A stretch of 63,986 nt of DNA from Malacoraja senta (Eukaryota), in assembly GCA_038087875.1 (NCBI GenBank), contig CM075987.1, forward strand, positions 26,166,001-26,229,986. Reading direction: 5' to 3'. The notes under the pieces were generated by a model. That model had not been told where the DNA came from. It was given only the letters and a program-made list of their open reading frames with translations, and did not search any database. Positions within the stretch are counted from its first letter, which is position 1. Every line of letters begins with the position of its first letter. The position numbers were made by a program, and so were the translations under genes. Positions 23,060-35,315 of the stretch are shown here, in pieces.

Positions 23060-23267
23060 TGTGTATGGAACGAGCTGCCAGAGGAGGTAGTTGAGGCTGG
23101 GACCATCCCAATGTTTAAGAAACAGTTAGACAGGTACATGGATAGGACAGGTTTGGAGGGATATGGACCAAACGCAGGCAGGTGGGACTAGGGTAGATGG
23201 GACATGTTGGCCAGTGTGAGGAAGTTGGGCTGAAGGGCCTGTTCCCACACTGACCCCATGACTCTAT
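23060..23267 (+). mobile_element. CR1 (HER1-like) 3' end sharing its tail with the SINE
   Basis: WNELPEEVV..FKKQLDRYM; GGGCTGAAGGGCCTGTTCCCACACTG. Confidence 0.8.
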
Positions 23268-23721
23268 TAAACACAACTGTCCCTGATTAATCCAGGGGAA
23301 TGGAGTCCATTAATTTGCCCTGCACCTAATACAACTAGTTAGCATATAATTACACCATTTATCCCATGTTTAAGAAGGAACTGCAGATGCTGGAACAATC
23401 GAAGGTGGACAAAAATGCTGCAGAAACTCAGCAGGTGAGGCAGCATCTGTGGAACGAAGGAATAGGTGACGTTTCGGGTCGAGACCCTTCTTCAGACTGG
23501 TTTATCTCTTTCTCCAACATTAACATTCCTCCAAACCTCTGGCACTGTTCCTGTAGTTAGATAGTTATGACAAATTGTAGTTCGGGCCTCCATAACATCT
23601 TCACATCTTTATAAGAGTTGACACTGACTGAACTTCTTGAAGTGGGCTTCATGTGGGAACATAAACAGGAACCAACCGGGTTGGTTGCTGTGCAACCAGC
23701 TAGTTGCTCCCCCCACGACTG

Positions 23722-24040
23722 GCCTGGATAGAGTGGATGTGGAGAGGATGTTTCCACTAGTGAGAGAGTCGAGGACCAGAGGCCACAGCCTCAGAATAAA
23801 AGGACATACCTTTAGAAAGGAGATGAGGAGGAATTTCTTTAGCCAGAGGGTGGTGAATCTGTGCAATGAATTGCCGCAGACATCAATGGATATTTTTAAG
23901 GATTAGTGCGGGTGTGTGGGATTCTGGAGAGAAGGCAGGAGAATGGAGTTGAGAGGGAAAGATAGATCAGCCACGATTGAATGATGGAGTAGACTTGATG
24001 GGCCAAACGGCCTAATTCTGCTCCTACAGTTTATGAACTT
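23722..24040 (+). mobile_element. CR1 3' fragment
   Basis: GLDRVDVERMFP..TRGHSLRI. Confidence 0.85.
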
Positions 24041-24041
24041 A

Positions 24042-24580
24042 GTTTAATTTAGTTTAGTTTATTGTCACATATAACGAGTTACAGTGAAATGCTTTTTGTT
24101 GCGTGCTAACCAGTCAGCAGAAAGACAATACATGATTACAATAGAGCCATTTACAGTGTAGAGATACATGATGAGGTGCAAGGTAAAGCTGGTAAAGTCC
24201 AATCAAGGATAGTCCGAGGATTCCCAATGAGGTAGATAGTAGTTCAGCACTGCTCTCTGGTTGTGGTAGGATGGTTCAGTTGCCTGATAACAGCTGGGAA
24301 GAAACTGTCCCTGAATCTGGAGGTGTGCGTTTTCACATTTCTGTACCTTTTGCCTGATGGGAGAGGGGAGAAGAGGGAGTGGCCGGGGTGCAACTGGTCC
24401 TTGATTATGCTGCTGGCCTTGCCGAGGCAGCGTGAAGTGTAGATGGAGTCAATGGAAGGGAGGTTGGTTTGTGCGATGGTCCGGGCTGCGTCCACAATTC
24501 GCTGCAATTTCTTGCGGTCGCGGAGGGAGCTGTTCCCAAACCGTGCTGTGATACGTCCTGGTACAATGCTTTCTGCGGCA
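24042..24580 (-). mobile_element. Rex1/Babar-like LINE 3' fragment
   Basis: ORF 24244-24603 ..DRKKLQRIV..HPGHSLFSPLPSGKRYR..SFFPAVIR; (CTAAA)n tail. Confidence 0.82.
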
Positions 24581-24999
24581 CATCTTATGAACTTCTGTCT
24601 CATCCTATCTTTTGTAAGCGACGGCTCCTCGACTCCGATTTGAAAAGCTGAGTCAATATTTGTGCAGATGCAGTTCTCAAGGCAACAAAGGTCAAATACT
24701 CCACCAGGAGACCAACACTAATTTGAAGTGAGCTATTTACAGGGGTAGGAAGGCCATTTTAAATTGGTTTCTAATTGTGCTCGAGTTCCAGGTTAATTCA
24801 AGGCCATGACCACACTATGCCGCAGCAAGGCAGATTCCGATAAAGGGGGTCACTGTAACGCCAACAGCGAACATTCCTAACATTTATACAATGAGTCCAT
24901 AGATTTTCTAGCTATCTAAATCTGACAAAAAATACTATGAAACATCGGGTGCAAAATAAAGGAAAATGTACCCTTGCAGTCCTCATAAGAGTTTCTTTG

Positions 25000-25682
25000 G
25001 GTGGCACGGTGGCGCAGCGGTAGAGTCGCTGCCTCACGGTGCCAGAGACCCGGGTTCGATCCTGACTACGGGTGCTGTCTGTAGGGAGTTTGTATGTTCT
25101 TCCCGTGACCTGCGTGGGATTTCTCCGGGTGCTCCGGTTTCCTCCCGCACTCCAAAGACTTACAGGTTTGTAGGTTAATTGGCTTTGATAAAATTGTAAA
25201 TTGTCCCATGTGTGTATGTGTGTGTAGGATAGTGTTAGACAATAGACAATGGACAATAGGTGCAGGAGTAGGCCATTCGGCCCTTGGAGCCAGCACCGCC
25301 ATTCAATGTGATCATGGCTGATCATCCCCAATCAGTACCCCGTCCCTGCCTTCTCTCCATATCCCCTGACTCCGCTATTTTGAAGAGCCCTATCTAGCTC
25401 TCTCTTGAAAGGATCCAGAGAACCTGCCTCCACCGCCCTTTGAGGCAGAGAATTCCACAGACTCACCACTCTCTGTGAGAAAAAGTGTTTCCTCATCTCC
25501 GTTCTAAATGGCTTACTCCTTATTCTTAAACTGTGTGACCCTGGTTCTGGACTCCCCCAACATCGGGAACATGTTTCCTGCCCCTAGCGTGTCCAAGTTA
25601 GTGTGCGGGGAACGCTGGTCGGTGCGGACTCTGTGGGCCGAAGGGCCTGTTTCTGCGCTGTGTTTTCTCTAAACTAAACTAA
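25000..25682 (+). mobile_element. HE1-like SINE with a nested minus-strand CR1 (~25239-25596)
   Basis: GTTAG duplicated at the CR1 junctions. Confidence 0.85.
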
Positions 25683-26274
25683 GCTGCGTTTATTTTGCGT
25701 CTAGCTTTGGCCTACACTAAAGTAGACGTTTGCAGCATTCCATTATGATCCTGGATGTTTGGGTGTGAATGCATATTGAGAGAGAATTATCAGCAGTTAG
25801 CTTTTTAAAAAAAAACACCTCTCCATTTTATTTCACCATCACTTTGCAGACAATTATGCAACTCAATCTTCCAGTATCCAGCCGCCTTCAACAAACAAGT
25901 TATTGTCCATCTGAAATGAGCTCTGTTGAGCGCGGCTGAGGTTCTACATCTGGGACGTTCATCGCCAGTTTGCGAGAGCTCTTCTTCCAGGCCTCAATGT
26001 CTTTTGTTTTGCTATAGAGCATTTGATACGGACAGTGAAGTACTGTGCAGTACATTCAGCGGCATGAAGCAGACTTTAACGCTCCTGTGTGAGCCATTCT
26101 ATATCATCGTAAAAGTTGAGCTCTGACACATAGTTTTTAATAGAACCGTCAGCGGTTTACTATTCATCTTTCGCTTGTCGATTGCGATTGTGCTCCTGAC
26201 TATTTACAAAAGTCCTGTTGCAGCGGTATGTTTTGTTGTCTATTAACGGTTGATGGTTTGGTTCAAGTTGAATG

Positions 26275-26760
26275 TTTAGAGATACAGCGCAGAAACGGGC
26301 CCTTCGGCCCACCGAGTCCGCGCCGACCAGCGATCCACGCACACTTACAATGGGTGTTTTCCAGAGAGAGTTAGATCTGGCTCTTGGGGCTAACAGAATC
26401 AAGGGATATTGGGAGAAAGCAGGAACTGGGTACTGATGTTGGATGATCAGCCATGATCGTATTGAATGACGGTGGTGGCTGGAAGGGCCGAATGGCCTTA
26501 CTCCTGCACCTATTTTCTATGTTTCTATGTTACACTACCCTACACACACGAGGGACAATTTTACATTGACACCAAGCCAATTAACTTACAAACCTGTCCG
26601 TCTTTGGAGTGAGGGAGGAATCCGGAGAGCCTGGAGAAAACCCACGCGGGTCACGGGGAGAACGTACAAACTCCGTACAGACAGCACCCGTAGTCAGGAT
26701 CGAACCCGGGTCTCCGGCGCTGTGAGGCAGCAACTCTACCGCTGCGCCAGCATGCCGCCC
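26275..26760 (-). mobile_element. HE1-like SINE with a nested CR1 tail (~26355-26528)
   Basis: SINE halves flank a CR1 3' end that finishes in TTTCTATG repeats. Confidence 0.8.
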
Positions 26761-27027
26761 TGTACCGTGAATGGGTGGGAAAGTATTCATATTACAATGG
26801 CCCAGCAACCAAGTCACACCAGGGTGCCATTTGGTGTTTGGGTTCTGCACCCCATTTTACTAGATGCAGAAGACACTGTAGTTTGGTGCAGGTCCACACT
26901 CGAACCAGCATCCACACTGGTGAAAGTCCATGGATACCTTCTGCTACTTTCCTCCCGATGTCAATGTCACCACAAGCAAGGAGCTGATTGTTAACTTCAC
27001 CGCTATCTCTAAACTAAAATTAAATAG

Positions 27028-27292
27028 TGTAACGGCACAATACGTGGTGAATAAAGGTGAGACGTCAGGCCGGTTCAAACAGTCGTTTATTCAGGTTCGG
27101 CACGTTAGGTTGGTGCGCTAACTATATTAACATTATTGCTGCAGCTGAGCGAGGTTGTTCCCACTACGGTCTCGAGGTGAGATGACCTTAAGTACCAGGA
27201 CACTCCCTCTAGCTCATGACGTCACGTGCCCGCCCTCGTACCTCCTGACGACGGTTCGACCCTAAGTGACCCGTGTATAGGCTGACGCCACA
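27028..27292. mobile_element. Solo LTR, 265 bp, Gypsy-like
   Basis: TGTAACG..CGCCACA termini; 4-bp TSD ATAG at 27024-27027 and 27293-27296; AATAAA on both strands. Confidence 0.75.
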
Positions 27293-27421
27293 ATAGTAAC
27301 TAAAATCTAGCAATTAATTCCATTCATATTACCTGGAATTTTTCATCATTACTATTCACTTCATCATATTTATTGGTGTGTGACAAGCATTTTAATCTGT
27401 GCTTAATACATAGAATACTAA

Positions 27422-27958
27422 AGGCTCTGTCTTACGGTGTTGCGGTCATCGGCGGTGAAGCGCGGCTTCGCCTGTAGAGTGGACCGCACGGCAACGGCGA
27501 GAGCGCCGAGCCTATGCCACGGGAGAGCCGCACGGATGCTGCGCGGGGGCCGAGTGATTTAAATACGGCTGGTCCACGTGCTTGCGGTAAGTAAAAAAAA
27601 GGGCGGGCCGACTGCGATGACGTCATTTTGGATCTGCAGGGCTGTGGCGGCGGCCGTCCTGATCGCGGCGCTGTAGCGGTGGCTGTGGCGGCGGCCGTGC
27701 CGCACACGTGACTCACTAGCGGAGGCTGTGGCGGTGCAAGTTCGACGCACGGCGCTCGAGCCACACTGGCGGCGGCTGTGCGGTAGGGACATATTTCTGA
27801 ACAGTGTTGGTTTTATTTTAGCACCGTGCGGTGTTGGGAACAACGCCGCACGGCCCCGGAATTGTGCGTTTGACCGAGTGCGCGGTCTATGGCGGCCCAG
27901 GAGCGGTAGATTCTTCCCGTTTCGCCGCCAATGACCGCAGACTCGTGAGACAGGCCTT
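27422..27958. mobile_element. GC-rich PIF/Harbinger-like MITE
   Basis: AGGCTCTGTCTTACG / CGTGAGACAGGCCTT; subterminal inverted TGCGGTCATCGGCGG; TAA TSD. Confidence 0.75.
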
Positions 27959-28363
27959 TAACTGCTGGAGTAACTTGGTGGGTCATGAAGCATCCGTGGA
28001 GGACATGGTATAGCAACATTTCATGACCCGAAATGTTGTCTGTACATGTCCTCCAGAGATGCTGAGTGACTTGCTGAGTTACTCCGGCACTTTGTATTCC
28101 ATGCAAGATCCCAGCATCTGCAGTTCCCTGTGTTCATGTCTATACTCAGAGATATTTGTTAGTTAGTTAGTTAGTTTTGTTTATTGTCACGTGTACCGAG
28201 GTACAGTGAAAAGCTTTTGTTGCGCGCTAACCAGTCAGTGGTAAGACAACACATGATTACAATCGAGCCGTCCACAGTGTACATATACGTACCAAAGGGA
28301 ATAACATTCAGTGCAAGAGTTTGGCAATCTGAGTTAATGCGTTTTGGATCGAGACCCTCGTTC

Positions 28364-28399
28364 AGGTCTGACGAAGGGTCTCGACACGAAACGTCACCT
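28364..28399 (+). ncRNA. Putative minimal hammerhead ribozyme motif (subfamily A), heading a short tail unit that ends at ~28497
   Basis: AGGT-CTGACGA-AGGGTCTCGACAC-GAAACGTC-ACCT. Confidence 0.5.
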
Positions 28400-28531
28400 A
28401 TTCCTTCTCTCCAGAGATGCTGTCTGATCCGCTGAGTCACTCCAGCTTTTTGTGTCTATCTTTGGATTAAACCAGCATCTGCAGTTCCTTCCTACACATT
28501 GATAATGCTTGCAACAGTTAATAAGGAAGTG

Positions 28532-28783
28532 AGGGCCTGTCCCACTTGGTGGGGGTTTTCGGCGACTGCCGGCATCATTGACTGACGTATCAGGTCACCG
28601 GAAAATTCTCGGCGTGATGCGTCGCGACGCGGCGTGAAGACGTATTGACGCTCGTTGCTTTTCAAGTGTCGCAACATTTTCTTTTGTCGCCGCTGGATTT
28701 TGGCGACACTGATTCAAAATCTTTTGGCGACACTGATATGATGCCGGCAGTCGCCGAAAAAATCGCCAAGTGGGACAGGCCCC
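28532..28783. mobile_element. PIF/Harbinger-like MITE
   Basis: GGGCCTGTCCCACTTGG / CCAAGTGGGACAGGCCC; extended inverted TTCGGCGACTGCCGGCATCAT. Confidence 0.85.
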
Positions 28784-29584
28784 TAAATGGGCCATTTGCA
28801 GTGAATAATTTGACAGCGAGCCGTTGCGTGCAGCTGAGATGATTGATGAGGCGATGGGCTGAGGATGGACATTGTGGGCCAAAGGGTTCGTTCCTGTACT
28901 GTTTTGTTCCATGTCTACAATATGAATTGCTCTAATCAGGGTGGCATTCTCGCCCTGCTCTGTTGTAATCTCCTTCAGAATGTCGACAGTTCTGTACTGG
29001 AGCTCTTGAAACTATGAAGCGTTTTGATGGGTTTATGCAGTAAAGTGCGTTCCTCTGGCTTCTTGAGCAATTAATAAAAGTGACCAGGGGTGAGCTGAAA
29101 TTCATCGCAAGGTGAAAGGCATTAAAGCGTGGAATCCTTGCCGCATGAAGGAGTCGAGGCAGGTAAAACACCATGAATAATTGAAGCCGAGAAAGGTATA
29201 AAGACTTCTTAATGCCGCGAGAAAATGGGATTGGTTTTGGATTGCTTAGAGCCCCACAGGACCATTGCAGATGACTGTTCAGCCTCGTCTTAAATTGTGC
29301 CAACCACGGCATAAACATGTCAGTGGACCCCAAGATTGGATTATTGATTTTTTTGTTCCTGCTTTATTAATGAAATATGAAGTACCTCATGGCTTAAACC
29401 TATCTCTCATCTGGACGTGCAACGTCGCAGGAGGTGTATGGAGTTGGAAAAAAGTAGAAGGATGTGGGGAAAAGTGATCATTTTAGGAGGTGACTGGCCA
29501 ATCTGACTCGCACTGTATGGTGAATGTATGCTTGATTATGCTGCGGGCCTTGCCAACAAACTGGGAGCCTTAAAACTGTCCACC

Positions 29585-29825
29585 TGACTCCGTTTACACC
29601 TCACGCTGCCTCGGCAAGGCCCGCAGCATAATCAAGGACGAGTCGCACCCCGGCCACTCCCTCTTCTCCCCTCTCCCATCGGGCAAAAGTACAGAAGTGT
29701 GAAAACGCACACCTCCAGATTCAGGGACAGTTTCTTCCCAGCTGTTATCAGGCAACTGAATCATCCTACCACAACCAGAGAGCAGTCCTGAACTACTATC
29801 TACCTCAATTGTGACCCTTGGACGC
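29585..29825 (+). mobile_element. Rex1-like LINE 3' fragment
   Basis: DESHPGHSLFSPLPSG..SFFPAVIRQLN. Confidence 0.8.
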
Positions 29826-30018
29826 CATTATTGTATCTGCCTCACCAGCCCAGGCAATGTGTTCCAGGCCACCACCACCCACAGTGTAAAAAAAGCCTTC
29901 CCCCGCATATCTCCATTAAACTCTCCCCCTCTCACCTTATAGCCATGCCCTCTGGTGTTGGACATTTCCTTGCTCCGACAAAGGTTCTGATTGTCTACCC
30001 TATCTATGTTTCTGATAA

Positions 30019-31164
30019 TCTATATTACTAAAAGTCTGATCTTGGCCACTTCCTGTTGTTGATTTTAGAAAAAATGCTGCCACTTACGGCTGTGATTTTT
30101 GGCCATGTTACTCAGAGTCCCCCTCCGCTGCGCAGGACAAGAGGATTTTTCCCATCGATGAAAAATGAAAGAGTTATTAGTGTTTAAAATATGTTGAGAT
30201 TCTCTCTCCTGAAGGCCACGCCCCTTCCGGAGGGACTATAAAACCCGGATGTGTTGAGTGCCTCAGTCAGTCTCTGCAAGATGGGGGAGCGAGAGGGTCA
30301 CATCTCTCAGTCTGAGCTGTGAATAACACTGAACACATGTCTACTAAACTGTGAGTGGTTTTACTGACCTGTCAGTGCCCTTAATGTGGTTTGAAAATAT
30401 AGTTTGGAAATGCTAAAGCTGTGTTGCCTTTGGTTTGGAATTGCTAAAGCTGCCTTGCCTAACTAAAGTTGCCTTGCCTTCTATATAATTAAAAGTCTAA
30501 TCTTGACCACTTCCTGTTTGCGCTTTATATTGATTTTAGAAAATACGCTACCACGTACGGTTGTGATTTTGGCCATCTTACTCAGAGTACTCCTCCACTC
30601 ATCAGGTGCCGAGAATTTTTCCCATCGATGAAAAATAAGAGTTGTTAGTATTTTTAAAATGTTGAGATTCTCTCTCCTGTCAATCACGCCTTGAAGGCCA
30701 CGCCCCTTCTGGTGGGAGGGGGGGAGGGACTATGAAACCCAGAAGTGTGGGCGTGGCTCAGTTTCAGAGGAGGGAGAGGTCACGACTCATGACTTTAGTG
30801 GCCTTGCAACCTGATTGAAATGGTATGAAACTGCACTTGAATTTGGTGGCCTTGCACCCTGCTTGAAATGGAATTTCAAGGAATAGCCGTGAGTCAACTG
30901 CCAGCTCACAGCCGTGAGTGGAGTGAGTGAGCTGCCAGCACAACAGGCTTGAGTGACTGAGCCACCAGCCCAAGAATCCATTTGGCCCACAATGTCCATA
31001 CTAGCCCTCTGGAACAAGTCCCTTCCGCCCACAACACCCATACTAGTGCTCCAGAAATCCCCCACTGGCCACCAATATTGGAATTGGTGGAGAGGTGAAA
31101 TATTGCGTTGGGGGACCAGCCCTCCCGTGTGATGCTGGGACCCAACGGGTCCCACTTAGTCTAT
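30019..31164 (+). mobile_element. Non-autonomous Helitron
   Basis: 5' TCTATATTACTAAAAG; 3' hairpin TGGGACCC-AAC-GGGTCCCA (31136-31154) then CTAT (CTAG-like); sits between A and T of a CR1 host (ATAA|TTTTAC) with no TSD. Confidence 0.82.
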
Positions 31165-31674
31165 TTTTACATACTTCCATGTCAAGTTTCCCCTCAACCT
31201 CCGGTGGTTAACATGATAACTTATCTCAAAGACAAGGTCTGAATATTGTTCTCCTTTGTAGAATCTTCAAATTATTACAGTACAAAAGACCAACTGCCTT
31301 TCATTCAACTATCTGCCCCTACTCCAACTTTCATAAGTCATAAGTTGTGGGAGAAGAATTAGGCCATTCGGCCCATCAAGTCTTCTCTGCCGTTCAATCA
31401 TGCCTGATCTATCTTTCCCTCTCAACCCCATTCTCCTGCCTTCTCCCCATAACCTCTGACACCTGTACTAATCAAGAATCTGTCAGTCTCCACGTTAAAT
31501 ATATCCATTGACTTGTGGTAATCAAAGAAGAGTTGCAAAGAGCGCCATCCAGTGGCAACAAATTCCACCGATTCACCACCCTCTGACTAAAGAAATTGAT
31601 GGACCGAACGGCCTACTTCTGCTAGCAGAACCTATGAACTTATGGTTTACCAGTAAAGTCATCCTCCACTTTGG

Positions 31675-31980
31675 GTCAGCGGTAGAGTTGCTGCCTTACA
31701 TCGCTTGCAGCGCCGGAGACCCAGGTTCGATCCCGACCATGGGTGTTGTCTGTACGGAGTTTGCACGCTCTCCCCGTGACCTGCGTGGGGTTTCTCCAAG
31801 ATCCTCGGTTTCCTCCCACACTCCAACGACGTGCAGGTTTGTAGGTTAATTGGCCTGGTGTTTGTGTAAACTGTCCCTCGTGTGTGTAGGAAAGTGTTAG
31901 TGTGCGGGGATCGCTGGTCGGCGCGGACACGGTGGGCCGAAGGGACTGTTTCCGCTCTGTATCTCTAAACTAAACTAACT
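31675..31980 (+). mobile_element. HE1-like SINE
   Basis: B box, V domain, tail. Confidence 0.85.
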
Positions 31981-32309
31981 AGATAAGGTTAATGTACATC
32001 TCCGATGCCTTGCAACCAACTTCAGTTGATGCTTTTAATAATTTCCACTTTGGTAAACAAGCATGTCACACTGAAGTAGATGAGCAAGTGTTTAATGGCA
32101 CTGTTAAACGCATGCCTTCTCCTTGCTTATGTGTGTGTTGTGATGCTAACCTCATTAACACTGCCTTCATTCAAGTTGAGAATGTGTGGAGTTTGTCAGC
32201 TCTGTGCATCTCAACTTGATCTAAAATCTCATCTGACATGTTTGATCTGCCTGGTTAGAATCGGTGCAGTGTAATTGGAAATCACTCTTCTTTCTAAGGC
32301 TCCAAGTTT

Positions 32310-32865
32310 GGTTTAGTGATACAGTGCGGAAACAGGCCATTCGGCCCACTGAGTCCCAACCGACCAGCGATCCCCGCACAGTAACACTATCGTACACACA
32401 GTAGGAACTATATTACATTTATACCAAGACAACGAACCCACAAACCTGTTGGATGCTGGTTCGCACTGAAGGTAGACACATAATGCTGGAGTACTCAGCG
32501 GGACAGGCAGCATCTTTGGACCCTTCATTTGAGAGTTACAGGTGTTAGTACTCCGCTCCACCTGATCCGTAACTATCTCAGCACAGCGGTAGAGTTGCCG
32601 CCTGACAGCAACAGAGACCCAGGTTCGATCCTGGCGATGGGTGCTGTCTGTACGGAGTTTGTACCTTCTCCCCGTGACCACGTGGGTTTTCTCCGAGATC
32701 TCCGGTTTTCTCCCACACTCCAAAGACGTACGGGTTTGTAGGTTAATTGGCTTCTGTAAATTGCAAATTGTCCCGACTGTGTGTAGGATAGTGCTAATGT
32801 ACGGGGATCGCTGCTCGGTGCGGACACGGTGGGCCGAAGGGCCTGTTTCCACACTGTAAAATCTA
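32310..32865. mobile_element. Two HE1-like SINE pieces in opposite orientation (32310-32450 minus, 32580-32865 plus)
   Basis: SINE motifs; PLE tail fragment between them. Confidence 0.75.
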
Positions 32866-32913
32866 AAGTACTCAGATTTCTCCCAAACTGTTATATTTTA
32901 CAAATGCTCAGTA

Positions 32914-33371
32914 ACATAGAAACATAGAAACATAGAAAATAGGTGCAGGAGTAGGCCATTCGGCCCTTTGAGCCTGCACCGCCATTCAATATGATCATGG
33001 CTGATCATCCAACTCAGTATCCCTTACCTGCCTTCTCTCCATACCCCCTGATCCCTTTAGCCACAAGGGCCACATCTAACTCCCTCTTAAATATAGCCAA
33101 TGAACTGGCCTCAACTACCTTCTGTGGCAGAGAATTCCAGAGATTCACCACTCTCAGTGTGAAAAATGTTTTTCTCATCTCGGTCCTAAAAGATTTCCCC
33201 TTTATCCTTAAACTGTGACCCCTTGTTCTGGACTTCCCCAACATAGGGAACAATCTTCCTGCACCTAGCCTGTCCAACCCCTTAAGAATTTTGTAAGTTT
33301 CCATAAGATCCCCCCTCAATCTTCTAAATTCCAGCGAGTACAAGCCGAGTCTATCCAGTCTTTCTTCATAT
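32914..33371 (-). mobile_element. CR1 3' fragment (same subfamily as 16031)
   Basis: ORF 33014-33343; (TTTCTATG)n tail. Confidence 0.9.
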
Positions 33372-33729
33372 CACAGTAAACATCTTTAGTTCTTCTTGAC
33401 GCCACTACCACTGGAAAATGAACATAAGTTCTACTCCAGTACATTAATCTGTTCTGCACGGTTACTTTATTATGCTGATTGATTCAGATCGTCTCAAAGT
33501 AAACTGATTAGTATTAAAATAAAGCTTAATCCAATATTTTCTTTCAGATCGTCTATAAACAGTGGATATTCATGCCAATGTTGCAGCGACTAAATGGTGT
33601 GAATCAGAAGCATAAATGTTGATCTGTAGTAAGCAGAAAGATTTCTTTCGTCAAATTTATAACACTGCATCTTAAAACATAATGGCCCAGGAACAGTGTT
33701 GTGTAGAGCAACATCGTTGTCTGGAATTT

Positions 33730-34036
33730 TAGTTCAGTTAGTTTAGAGATGCAGCACGGATACAGGCCCTTCGGCCCATCAAGTCCGCGCGGACCAGCGA
33801 TCCCCGTACACTAGCACTATCCTACACACACTAGGGACAATTTTTCAATTTTTACCGAAGCCAATTAACCCGCAAACCTGCACGTCTTTGGAGTGTGGGA
33901 GGATACCGGAGCACCCGGGGAAAACCCACGCGGTCACGGGGAGAACGTACAAACTCCGTACAGACAGCACCCCTAGTCAGGATCGAACCCGGGTCTCTTG
34001 TGCTGTGAGGCAGCAACTCTACCGCTGCGCCACCGT
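33730..34036 (-). mobile_element. HE1-like SINE
   Basis: Full reverse-complement copy. Confidence 0.88.
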
Positions 34037-34064
34037 GCATATGTAGCAGTATTGTTTTTTCATT

Positions 34065-34408
34065 AGTGATAGGAGCAGAATGAGGCCAGTCGGTTCTTTG
34101 TCTACTCCGCCATTCAATCATGGCTGATCTATCTCTCCCTCTCAACCCCATTCTCTTGCCTTCGCCCCATAACCCCTGACACCCGTAATAATCAAGAATC
34201 TGTCAATCTCCGCCTTAAACATATACATTGACTTGGCCTCCACTGTTGGCTCTGGCAATGAATTGTACGGATTCACCACCCTCTGACTAAAGAAATTCCT
34301 CCTCATCTACTTTCTAAAGGTACATCCTGTTATTCTGAGGCTGAGGCCTCTGGTCCTAGACTCTCCCACTAGTGGAAACATCCTCTCCACATCCACACTA
34401 TCCAGGCA
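34065..34408 (-). mobile_element. CR1 3' fragment
   Basis: ERMFPLVGESRTRG-like sequence and tail. Confidence 0.8.
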
Positions 34409-35315
34409 CTTTCCCTATTGGATTTGACAACATTCAGTTGAACAGAGTCGACTCCTTTGACAAGGGCTGGGTGCATTCTTGACCCATTTTTGACGGCAGT
34501 GAGTTCAGTCCGAGAGCTTGTGAACGACAATTCAACTCGAGCGCTCGACAAGAGATGCGGCTTTAGCAGCTTTGTCCGTCGTACATCTCGCAGAGCCCGT
34601 TCCGTCAAGAAGATCGGGGTTTTAAATTGGATGTCGACATGGTCTCTTGGAATTTCTCAAATGGAATTTGACCCTCAAAATTGCAAAAGGAACTCGGCGG
34701 CCGAAGAAATGTTTGCTCAAAGAAGGCGCCGATATTAAAGAGCAGATCAGAGAAATGCAAACAGACTTGATGAAAACCGCGAGGAAAAGTCATTAACTGG
34801 CTGGCCAGGGTTAAACCCAAAGTACACACTGAGGGAGTAAAGTCGATGGTAAATAATATCGCATTATATCCCTTTCACTGTAAATCACGCAAGTGAAGAA
34901 CCACACGAGACATTGTGAAACATGAAGTTTAATTACTGGAGCAGCAGTTTTTACGCTTCTCCTTCCTCAACCTGACTCCCTCATCGATGGTGACAGAGTG
35001 TAGTCTCACAGAGCTTTCCAACAAGCTCGGAGGAGATCTCATTAAACTGCCGCTGAATGACAGAAAAGTAATTCCACTTAATGTCGTGTTCAACATTCAA
35101 AAATGTACTCCTTCCTCCCAGTGTCTGAAGTGATCTAATATGGTTTACTTTAGTTCAGTTTAGAGCCCGGACCCACCGAGTCCGCGCCGAGCGGCGATCC
35201 CCGTACACTGACACTGCGGGGGATCGCTGGTCGGCGCGGACTCGGCGGGCCGAAGGGCCTGTTTCAGCGATGCATCGTTAAACTGAACTAAAGTGAAAGG
35301 TGTCAATGTTGAAGT

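Noticed and set aside
27432..27934. CpG island with ORFs
   Set aside because: Bounded by MITE TIRs and a TAA TSD.
31541..31559. Second CTCF-like motif (GCCACTGGATGGCGCT, minus strand)
   Set aside because: Core mismatch and largely explained by diverged CR1 sequence.
34369..34738. Antiparallel ORFs as an exon
   Set aside because: No recognisable homology or splice pattern.
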